64,000 nt of DNA from an uncultured Flavobacteriaceae bacterium (GCA_963816075.1 CAWFJI010000010.1:11678-75677), one strand, 5' to 3'. Numbered from the stretch's first letter, positions 40,466 to 48,142 are shown. Notes: generated by a model from the letters alone, not told the origin. Translations and numbers: made by a program.

Positions 40466-41578
40466 TTATTGCCACTTTTTTGGAGGAGAAAAAAGATTGG
40501 CCGCGAAAATGGTTAACTGCACACAAATTAAACAAATTTCCAGTAACGGAGCCAGGATAATCAGATCCTGCTCTTTTAAAATTTTGGCACTGCTTATAAT
40601 CCTAATATACCAAATTAGAAATCTTAACAATACCAGATATAAAACGAATAAAACGTAATTTTCGTTCATCAGTAAAAAAGGAAGTAATCCCCAAAAAAAC
40701 AGCTGGCTCATGAAGTACAGGCCGAGTGCGAACTGATGAAAACCCCTGTAATGGCCTGCCGTGGTGATGTGCCTTCTTTTTTGTCTGATCCAGTCTCCAA
40801 AACTCGTTTTTGGCTGCGAATACGTGAAGGTCTCGGGTTCTGTGCACAGCGCAGTATTTTTTGCTGTGGCCGCCTGGCCGACAAACAGATCATCATCACC
40901 GGAAGCGATCCCGGCGTGCTCCTGAAATCCGTTAGCCTTTACAAAAACACTTTTTTTATAGGCAAGATTTCTTCCGACACCCATATAAGCACGTCCCATT
41001 TTTGCATAAGAGAAATACTGCAGTGCAGTAAGCAGGGTTTCGTACCTGATCAGTTTGTTCAAAAAGGAGGCTTTTATTTTCTTATAAGGCCCGTAGCCAA
41101 GCACAATGGTCTTCTCTTGGTTGAATTTATTCACCATGCCCCGCAACCAATACGCAGAAGCAGGGATGCAATCGGCATCGGTAAGCAAAATATTCTCATG
41201 ATTCGCATGTAAAATACCCCGGGTCAGGGCTTGTTTTTTGCCGGAACTTTCGTTTTCCGGGATGTCTATTATGTTGATTTCGAGCTGCCTGCCATATTTT
41301 TTCTGCTCGAACTGAAAGTCCTGCATCACTTTCAGGGTATTATCCCGCGAAAAGTCGTTTACAAGCAGCAGCTCAAAGGAAGGGTAGCTTTGTTCAGCCA
41401 GTGCCGGGAGCAGCACCTTCAGGTTGTCTGCCTCATTCTTGGCACAGACCACAACGGAGACAGGAGAGGCAAAAGCCGGATCAACCGCACTATTGCATCT
41501 TTTAAGATTTTTAAAAATAAAAAAATAAAAAAATATCTGAATAAAAATTACCAAACAAAATATGGCGAAGAGGATCAT
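40466..41578 (-). CDS. family 2 glycosyltransferase, membrane-anchored
   Basis: 370-aa ORF. N-terminal TM, GT2 motifs VSVVVCAKNEADNL and TDADC, C-terminal TM helices. Confidence 0.8.
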   Translation of the reverse strand: MILFAIFCLVIFIQIFFYFFIFKNLKRCNSAVDPAFASPVSVVVCAKNEADNLKVLLPALAEQSYPSFELLLVNDFSRDNTLKVMQDFQFEQKKYGRQLEINIIDIPENESSGKKQALTRGILHANHENILLTDADCIPASAYWLRGMVNKFNQEKTIVLGYGPYKKIKASFLNKLIRYETLLTALQYFSYAKMGRAYMGVGRNLAYKKSVFVKANGFQEHAGIASGDDDLFVGQAATAKNTALCTEPETFTYSQPKTSFGDWIRQKRRHITTAGHYRGFHQFALGLYFMSQLFFWGLLPFLLMNENYVLFVLYLVLLRFLIWYIRIISSAKILKEQDLIILAPLLEICLICVQLTIFAANLFSPPKKWQ

Positions 41579-41844
41579 TATGCCTTTAAGCGTGATACTT
41601 TTATTCCTGGAAGTTCTTCATCAGCATGGTCATGGTCATGATCATGATCGTGATCGTGCATTTGTTTGTTGTTCTTGCAGGCACCCTCATTGCCGCAACC
41701 GCAGCTGATGCCCTCGGCCTTCATCCGGATATTTCCTCCGGCGCAGGTCCCTTCAAATTTTCCGTCTTTTTTTGCCCAGATCTTGATCGCAATTCCTGCA
41801 AGTGCTATGGATAACAGTATGATAGTAACAATAACCAGTTTCAT
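41578..41844 (-). CDS. small membrane protein with Cys-rich segment and (His-Asp)5 repeat
   Basis: 88-aa ORF. N-terminal TM (LVIVTIILLSIALAGIAIKIW), then GTCAGG..ISCGCGNEGAC, then HDHDHDHDHDH. Its stop overlaps the GT2 start (TAATG). Confidence 0.6.
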   Translation of the reverse strand: MKLVIVTIILLSIALAGIAIKIWAKKDGKFEGTCAGGNIRMKAEGISCGCGNEGACKNNKQMHDHDHDHDHDHADEELPGIKVSRLKA

Positions 41845-41938
41845 ATAAAATGTTTTTGCAAATTTAATGTTTTTTCCAGATAATTTTTCCCTTTGTTCGT
41901 ATTTACCAAAAAAGAACAGGATTCAAAAAATCAAATAT

Positions 41939-42703
41939 TTAGCTCAATCCGGACAGAAAACCGGCTGTATCCTTTTTGAAGGAATCCGTTTCAAAATGCT
42001 CATCAGATTTGCACTTTGATTTGAGTTGGGGCAGGTCGTTCTGCCAGCGATTGCCGTCAAAGAATTCCAGCCCTTTAAAATCCCTGGCCTTATAAAGCGC
42101 CTTTTCTCCATATACGGTTCCCAGGTAAACAAACCCGATTCCATTCTTTTTAGCCCAGTCTATCACACTGAACATCATATACTTACCCAGTGAATAGGCA
42201 GGATAATTCAAATCAAAGAATGCAAACCAGTAATGAAGCGTATCCCCTTCCATTACGGTCAGCACATAACCCACAACATTTCCCTCTAAAGTAAATTCAA
42301 AGATATGGCTGAGGCTTTTCCATTGCAGAATATACTGCAGTCGTTCCTCGGAAAGAGGCTCACTAAACCGCTCTTTGGCGAAATGCAAACAAAACTCCTG
42401 AAAATTTATATCCTTTGTATTAAAATCGTTTATGGGTATAATCCTGAATTCGGGATTTAATTCAGCAATCTTTTTAAGTACCCTTTTGTTCTCTGAAGTT
42501 TCAGAAAATAGCCTGAGATCAACACGCAGGCTCCGTGCCATATAATACACTTCTTCCTGAAAGTCAAACTTGTTGGAATAAGGAAGGAATCCTCTTTGAT
42601 AGATCTCCGGTATTTCATTTGTGCCGTCCTGAATGCAGTATAAGGCGTAATTAAACGTATAGCTGCGGTAATCAACCAAACTTTCCGAAAGAAAAATCTT
42701 CAT
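41939..42703 (-). CDS. Bpt/ATE-family aminoacyl-tRNA--protein transferase-like protein
   Basis: 254-aa ORF. The C-terminal block HYWFAFFDLNYPAYSLGKYMMFSVIDWAKKNGIGFVYLGTVYGEKALYKARDFKGLEFFDGNRW parallels the ATE_C core of Bpt (..YTFFDP..SLG.....I..A...G..YVYLGYWI....KM.YKA.F.P.E.L..G.W). Confidence 0.5.
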   Translation of the reverse strand: MKIFLSESLVDYRSYTFNYALYCIQDGTNEIPEIYQRGFLPYSNKFDFQEEVYYMARSLRVDLRLFSETSENKRVLKKIAELNPEFRIIPINDFNTKDINFQEFCLHFAKERFSEPLSEERLQYILQWKSLSHIFEFTLEGNVVGYVLTVMEGDTLHYWFAFFDLNYPAYSLGKYMMFSVIDWAKKNGIGFVYLGTVYGEKALYKARDFKGLEFFDGNRWQNDLPQLKSKCKSDEHFETDSFKKDTAGFLSGLS

Positions 42704-42732
42704 ATAAACCAGATCAACTCAGCGAAGGTACA

Positions 42733-42772
42733 CAAAAAAAGAAAATGCAGGATTTGTAGTTCCTGCATTTTC
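42733..42772 (-). terminator. rho-independent terminator after the EF-G paralog
   Basis: 12-bp stem GAAAATGCAGGA / TCCTGCATTTTC (42741-42772). A T7 run follows it on the minus strand. Confidence 0.8.
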
Positions 42773-42789
42773 CCGTTTTCATTTAATAT

Positions 42790-44892
42790 TTACTGACTTA
42801 TCAGTTCTTCCTGTATGGTAGCAGGAACCAGTTCAAAGGATGAAAACTTAGTTTTGAAAGTTGCCCTTCCCTGAGTGATAGAACGAAGGGTGGTTGAGTA
42901 TTTGTACATCTCTGCCAAAGGAATTTTCGCCCTGATGATCTGGTGTTTTCCTTCGCTGTCCATACCAACGATCACCGACCTTCGCGATTGAAGATCCGTC
43001 ATCACATTGCCCATCAATTCTTCCGGAACCTTAACTTCAAGGTCGTGAATTGGTTCAAGTAATTTGGGTTTGGCGTTTAAAAAGGCTTCTTTAAAAGCGT
43101 GTGCACCTGCTATTTTAAAGGAAATATCATTTGAGTCAACGGGGTGCATCTTGCCATCGTAAACCATTACTCTGACATCCCGGGCATAGGAACCCGTTAA
43201 AGGTCCTTCTTCCATCACCTCCAGTATACCTTTTAATACAGAGGGCATATAGCGGGCATCAATAACACCACCCGTAATGCAATTGTAATAAACAAGTTTT
43301 CCACCCCATTTGAGGTCAATCACTTCCTTTCCGCGTATATTGAATCCTTCCGGTTCGGGCATACCTTCTTCAAAGGGTTCAATTTTCAAATGTACTTCTC
43401 CAAACTGCCCTGCACCACCTGATTGCTTCTTGTGCTTATAACTGGCGTTGGCAGGTTTCTGTATTGTTTCGCGATATGCGATGCGCGGTTTACTCAACAC
43501 GATATCGATACCATAAACATTCTTTAAGGTCCACTCAATTACGGCCAGATGCAGCTCTCCCTGACAGGAGATGATCAGTTGCTTTAACTCACCTGAATAT
43601 TTTGCCTGACAGGTAGGATCCTGGCTGCTGATCTTTTTCAAGACCTCACCTAGTTTTTCTTCATCTTTTTTCTCAGCCGGCTCAATAACTTTTTGGATTC
43701 TGTCTTCAGGGAAAGTAATGGGCCTGATGGTTATCTTTTTACCTACAGCATGCAAAGTATCGTTCGTTTCGGTATCTTTCAGCTTTATGGTTGCTCCGAT
43801 ATCACCGGCAGATAACTTTTCGACTGACTCCCGTTTCTTGCCATCCATGATAAACAGCTGGTTGATATTCTCTATATCTCCGGTTCTTGAATTCTCTAAT
43901 TTATCGTTGACCTTTACTTCACCGGATTTTACTTTAAAAAAAGTAATCTTGCCTATACTGGGTTCATGAAATGATTTGAACACAAACAGGGCAGTTGGCT
44001 CTGTTGGCAAACAAACCACATCCTTTCCTTCAAGGCTTTGTTCGGGTTTTAAATCTGCTGCCCCGGGTGCTACATTATCAATAAAACCCATCAGTCTGCC
44101 AGTACCCATATCTTTTAAGGCGGATACGCAGAACACCGGAAACAGTTCATGGTTTAGCATGCCTTTTTTAATTCCCTGTCTCATCTCATCTTCACTCAGC
44201 GTTCCCTTTTCAAAGAACAATTCCATCAGTTCCTCATCGTTCTCAGCAGCTCTCTCAACCAATTCATTGTGGAGTTCATCTGCCACCGCCTTCTGACTGT
44301 CGGGTATCGGCAATTTTTCCGGTTTTCCGCCATCTTTGCCAAATTTATACATTTTCATTTTTAGCACATCGATAATGCATATATCGCTGCCAACGATAAA
44401 CGGATATTGAATCTTTACAGCATTTTTACCAACCATGGCAACAATGCTGCTATAGGCAGCTTCGAAATTTGCTTTGGGGTGGTCGATCTGATTGACAACA
44501 AACAGTGAAGGTTTTCCGAATCTGTTCACATATTCCCAAATGATCTCGGTGCCCACCTCAACACCATTCTGTGCGTTTATTACCGTTGCAACTGTATCTA
44601 CAACCCGCATGGTGGCTGCTATTTCACCGATAAAGTCATCCAGACCGGGTGTGTCAATGATATTGATCTTATAATTCCTCCATTCCGTGTGTAAGGGTGT
44701 TGCATAAATGGTTGTCTGTCGAACCTGCTCAATTTCTTGAAAGTCTGAAACGGTATTCTTGTCTTCTACAGTACCTCTTCTGTTTAACAGACCTGCTTCA
44801 AATAACATGGTTTCGGCAAGTGTAGTCTTGCCGCAGTCGTGAGCTCCAACAAAGGCAACATTTTTAATGTGTTTGTCATCATATATTTTCAT
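42790..44892 (-). CDS. elongation factor G paralog (EF-G2-like)
   Basis: 700-aa ORF with five-domain EF-G architecture. G motifs are GAHDCGKT, DTPGLDDF and NQID instead of the canonical AHIDAGKT, DTPGHVDF and NKMD. Confidence 0.85.
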   Translation of the reverse strand: MKIYDDKHIKNVAFVGAHDCGKTTLAETMLFEAGLLNRRGTVEDKNTVSDFQEIEQVRQTTIYATPLHTEWRNYKINIIDTPGLDDFIGEIAATMRVVDTVATVINAQNGVEVGTEIIWEYVNRFGKPSLFVVNQIDHPKANFEAAYSSIVAMVGKNAVKIQYPFIVGSDICIIDVLKMKMYKFGKDGGKPEKLPIPDSQKAVADELHNELVERAAENDEELMELFFEKGTLSEDEMRQGIKKGMLNHELFPVFCVSALKDMGTGRLMGFIDNVAPGAADLKPEQSLEGKDVVCLPTEPTALFVFKSFHEPSIGKITFFKVKSGEVKVNDKLENSRTGDIENINQLFIMDGKKRESVEKLSAGDIGATIKLKDTETNDTLHAVGKKITIRPITFPEDRIQKVIEPAEKKDEEKLGEVLKKISSQDPTCQAKYSGELKQLIISCQGELHLAVIEWTLKNVYGIDIVLSKPRIAYRETIQKPANASYKHKKQSGGAGQFGEVHLKIEPFEEGMPEPEGFNIRGKEVIDLKWGGKLVYYNCITGGVIDARYMPSVLKGILEVMEEGPLTGSYARDVRVMVYDGKMHPVDSNDISFKIAGAHAFKEAFLNAKPKLLEPIHDLEVKVPEELMGNVMTDLQSRRSVIVGMDSEGKHQIIRAKIPLAEMYKYSTTLRSITQGRATFKTKFSSFELVPATIQEELISQ

Positions 44893-45056
44893 ACCTTATG
44901 CTTTTAGGGTTTTAAAAAGCATAAATTTAGGAAAAAAAATACCATATAACTTATGACTAATGTTAGGTATTCGAAAAAGTTTTGGGTTTTTTGGAAAATA
45001 AAGATCAAATTAAAAGGCCTTCCATATGGTTTCAATGCTAAGTGCGGCGGAGTGAT

Positions 45057-45151
45057 CTTCTCATATCTCAATTCGTGTCATGGCCAGCATTGAGGATCTA
45101 TCACCCCGCGAGGCATCGCGGGGCTACGATTGTATATCTATTCGAGATTAC
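45057..45151. repeat. array core copy 1 (contains hairpin CCCCGCGA-GGCA-TCGCGGGG at 45104-45123)
   Basis: Identical to copy 2 over 95 bp. Confidence 0.9.
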
Positions 45152-45290
45152 TTTTTACTTTTGCCTTTTTACTTTTGCCTTTTACTTTATCCTTTGTCCT
45201 TTATCCTTGCCTGCGGCAAGCAGGCTTTATCCTTGCCCTCCTGGTTCCTGGTTCCTGATTCCTGATTCTGATCTCTTATCTCATATCTAA

Positions 45291-45385
45291 CTTCTCATAT
45301 CTCAATTCGTGTCATGGCCAGCATTGAGGATCTATCACCCCGCGAGGCATCGCGGGGCTACGATTGTATATCTATTCGAGATTAC
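45291..45385. repeat. array core copy 2
   Basis: 95/95 identical to copy 1. Confidence 0.9.
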
Positions 45386-45501
45386 TTTTTACTTTTGCCT
45401 TTTTACTTTTGCCTTTTTACTTTATCCTTTATCCTTTATCGCTCCTGGTTCCTGGTTCCTGATTCCTGATTCTGATCTCTGATCTCTTATCTCATATCTA
45501 A

Positions 45502-45596
45502 CATCTCATATCTCAATTCGTGTCATGGCCAGCATTGAGGATCTATCACCCCGCGAGGCATCGCGGGGCTACGATTTTATATCTATTCGAGATTAC
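45502..45596. repeat. array core copy 3
   Basis: 93/95 identical to copies 1 and 2 (T->A near the 5' end, G->T in GATTGTATATC). Confidence 0.9.
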
Positions 45597-45685
45597 TTTT
45601 GCCTTTTTACTTTTGCCTTTTTACTTTATCCTTTGTCCTTTATCCTTTGTCCTTTATCCCTTGCCCTTTGGGCCCAAATAAACAT

Positions 45686-46180
45686 TTAAACCGGCATCCT
45701 TTTTTTCAATTCCTCAATTATATTGAACACTGCCGGACAAATCTCTGTATTTTTCAGGGTAAGCTCTGTGATACCCAAAAACCTTCTCCTGTTCGTGTGC
45801 GGATACTCACTGCAGGCCTTGGGCCGGTGGTCATAAATCAGGCAGGCATTGTCGCTCGCCAGAAACGGACAGGGAGCGGTTTGTAAAACCATAAAGCTGT
45901 CCTCGTCCCTTCTCAGGTATTTGCTGATAAAATCCACTTCTTTCAAACGCAAATGTTTTGATATTCTTGAGATGTCCTTATCCGTAAAGATCGGACTGGT
46001 GGTTTTGCAACAATTTGCACACTGCATGCAATCCGTTTTTTCAAAGGTAGCTTCGTGCAATTCCTGCATCAGAAGATCCAGTCCTTTCGGGTTTTTTCTT
46101 TTGAGGACAGAAAAATATTTCTTCGTTTCTGCTTTTTTTTCTTTTGCTGCTTTTGGCAACTGATCCAAACTTATGGCCAT
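45686..46180 (-). CDS. YkgJ-family cysteine-cluster (Zn/Fe-chelating) protein
   Basis: ORF 45686..46201 (TTG). The ATG at 46180 gives MAISLDQLPK. Cys cluster CMQCANCC plus downstream CPFL..C. Confidence 0.75.
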   Translation of the reverse strand: MAISLDQLPKAAKEKKAETKKYFSVLKRKNPKGLDLLMQELHEATFEKTDCMQCANCCKTTSPIFTDKDISRISKHLRLKEVDFISKYLRRDEDSFMVLQTAPCPFLASDNACLIYDHRPKACSEYPHTNRRRFLGITELTLKNTEICPAVFNIIEELKKRMPV

Positions 46181-46238
46181 ATGAGATTCTTTTAGAAGCA
46201 ATTCGGTTTGAATTCAACCAATTTAGCGCTAAAATAGT

Positions 46239-46246
46239 TATTTTTG
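46239..46246 (+). promoter_or_regulatory. candidate -7 promoter box (TAnnTTTG) for argS
   Basis: TATTTTTG lies 23 nt upstream of ATG 46269. Confidence 0.4.
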
Positions 46247-46268
46247 CAGCCATTTAAACCGATTGTCA

Positions 46269-48047
46269 ATGCAGATTTATGCTACTTTAGAAAAAGCCGT
46301 GAAACAGGGTATGGAAGAACTGTACCAAATTTCAGTGCCTGTGGTTGAATTTCAGTCAACAGTAAAAGATTTTGAAGGCGATTTAACCATCGTGGTCTTT
46401 CCTTTTTTAAAATACATCAAGGGAAATCCCTTTGAAATTGGCAGCAAACTCGGCAACTATCTGAAGGAAAATATCAAAGAAGTAGAAAAGTTTAATGTGG
46501 TCAAGGGATTTTTGAATATTTCACTGACAGATACCTATTACCTGAATTCCTTAAACCAGATCAGGGCAAACGAAAATTTTGGTGTGAAGCCGGAAGATAA
46601 AAAAGAAAAATCTGTCATGGTGGAATATTCGTCGCCCAATACCAACAAGCCATTACACCTGGGCCATATCAGAAACAACCTCCTCGGCTATTCCGTTTCA
46701 CAGATCATTGCCGCTACCGGAAAAAAAGTTTACAAGACACAGATCATCAACGACCGGGGGATACATATCTGCAAAAGCATGATCGCCTGGAAAAAATTCG
46801 GTTTCGACCAGACACCTTCAAAAGCGGATATTAAGGGCGATAAATTTGTGGGAAACTTCTATGTAAAATTTGACCAGGAATACAAAAAGGAAATAAAAAC
46901 CCTCATGGATTCCGGACTGAGTGAAGACGAGGCTAAAAAAAATGCGCCCATTATGCTGGAAGCCCAGGACATGCTGAGAAAATGGGAAGCAGGCGATGCA
47001 GAGACCCTCGGTCTGTGGAAAAAAATGAATGAATGGGTCTATGAAGGTTTCAACAAAACCTATAAAGCACTTGGGGTAGCATTCGATATCAACTATTTTG
47101 AAAGCGACACCTACTTGCTGGGTAAAGATATTGTTAGGGAAGGCTTGAAAAAAGGTGTATTTTTTCAAAAAAGTGATGGTTCTGTGTGGATCGATCTAAC
47201 GGAAGACGGTCTGGACGAAAAAATCGTACAGCGCTCAGACGGAACTGCTGTGTATATGACCCAGGACATAGGAACTGCCGTTCAGCGGATCAAAGATTAT
47301 GCAGACATCGATACCCTGGTTTATACCGTTGGAAATGAACAGGATTACCATTTTAAGGTCTTGTTTCTGATCCTGAAAAAACTGGGTTTCCCCTGGGCAG
47401 AAAATTTGTACCACCTCTCATACGGCATGGTAGACCTGCCTTCAGGCAAAATGAAATCCAGGGAAGGCACCGTGGTGGATGCCGATGACCTGATTCAGGA
47501 AATGACGGATACTGCCCGTGAAATTTCTCAGGAACTGGGCAAACTGGAAGGCTATTCAGAAGAGGAAAAAGAAAAACTGTACAGAATTATCGGCATGGGA
47601 GCCCTGAAATACTATATCCTTAAAGTCGATCCCAAAAAACGTATTTTATTTGATCCCAAAGAATCCATTGATTTTAATGGCAATACCGGGCCTTTTATCC
47701 AGTATACCTATGCCAGGATACAGTCTATACTGCGCAAGGCAACTTTCGATTATAATAAAGAACTTTCCAACCTGAAGCTGCATGAAAAAGAAAGGGAGAT
47801 TATGCAATTTCTGGAAATCTTCCCTGAGGCGGTACTCAATGCAGCGCTGGGATTAAGTCCCGCCATTATAGCCAATTACACCTATGATCTGGTAAAAGCC
47901 TACAATTCTTTCTACCAGTCAGTACCTATTCTGGGTTCCGAAAATATGCCGGAAAAGATCCTGCGCATTCAGATCTCGGAACAGACAGGTAAAGTGTTAA
48001 AAACAGCTCTGTCTTTACTGGGCATTGAGGTACCGGAGCGCATGTAA
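46269..48047 (+). CDS. argS: arginine--tRNA ligase
   Basis: ORF 46263..48047 with the ATG at 46269. Class I HIGH motif SSPNTNKPLHLGHIRN, MKSREG (KMSKS-like), and a DALR anticodon-binding C-terminus. Confidence 0.94.
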   Translation: MQIYATLEKAVKQGMEELYQISVPVVEFQSTVKDFEGDLTIVVFPFLKYIKGNPFEIGSKLGNYLKENIKEVEKFNVVKGFLNISLTDTYYLNSLNQIRANENFGVKPEDKKEKSVMVEYSSPNTNKPLHLGHIRNNLLGYSVSQIIAATGKKVYKTQIINDRGIHICKSMIAWKKFGFDQTPSKADIKGDKFVGNFYVKFDQEYKKEIKTLMDSGLSEDEAKKNAPIMLEAQDMLRKWEAGDAETLGLWKKMNEWVYEGFNKTYKALGVAFDINYFESDTYLLGKDIVREGLKKGVFFQKSDGSVWIDLTEDGLDEKIVQRSDGTAVYMTQDIGTAVQRIKDYADIDTLVYTVGNEQDYHFKVLFLILKKLGFPWAENLYHLSYGMVDLPSGKMKSREGTVVDADDLIQEMTDTAREISQELGKLEGYSEEEKEKLYRIIGMGALKYYILKVDPKKRILFDPKESIDFNGNTGPFIQYTYARIQSILRKATFDYNKELSNLKLHEKEREIMQFLEIFPEAVLNAALGLSPAIIANYTYDLVKAYNSFYQSVPILGSENMPEKILRIQISEQTGKVLKTALSLLGIEVPERM

Positions 48048-48110
48048 AAAAACCATTTTTTAAACGCTCACTTTAAAAATAATGTTACCTTTGTTTTTAA
48101 TAATAACCCA

Positions 48111-48136
48111 TACACTTTCAAAGGTGTATTTTTTTT
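48111..48136 (+). terminator. possible weak rho-independent terminator after argS
   Basis: Imperfect stem TACACTTT/AAGGTGTA followed by T8, but only 6 nt before the next start codon. Confidence 0.35.
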
Positions 48137-48142
48137 CTAAAT

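Larger units (their letters stand above)
45038..45675. repeat. composite tandem array: 3 x (95-bp conserved core + variable heptanucleotide-repeat block)
   Basis: Direct reading gives unit periods of 234 and 211 bp. The array is bounded on the left by CTAAGTGCGGCGG (45038-45050) and on the right by the stop of the YkgJ-like gene. ORFs through it are low-complexity. Confidence 0.9.

Noticed and set aside
41627-41659. The ATCATG/GTCATG/ATCGTG hexanucleotide repeat as a non-coding microsatellite.
   Set aside because: It is in frame within the 88-aa ORF, encodes the HDHDHDHDHDH tract, and is immediately followed by in-frame coding sequence and a coupled downstream gene. It is treated as a coding repeat.
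45080-45265. ATG-initiated small ORFs in every array core (45080, 45314, 45525). They encode a conserved MASIEDLSPREASRGYD(C/F)ISIRDY head followed by a Phe/Leu-rich tail (61, 51 and 54 aa), which could suggest tandem type-I-toxin-like hydrophobic peptides.
   Set aside because: The hydrophobic tails are an automatic consequence of translating a T/C-rich 7-nt-periodic sequence in any frame. The conserved head simply mirrors the conserved core, with the palindromic hairpin encoding PREASRG. The diverged copy at 63041-63198 keeps the hairpin but has no ATG segment and hits a stop 3 codons after it. The listed ORFs 45042..45290 and 45599..45886 are likewise low-complexity. Coding is not excluded, but it is unsupported.
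45038-45675. CRISPR array interpretation of the three repeats.
   Set aside because: The repeat unit is 95 bp, far longer than CRISPR repeats. The spacers are low-complexity heptamer repeats that are themselves shared between units. There are only three copies, and there are no cas genes in the window.
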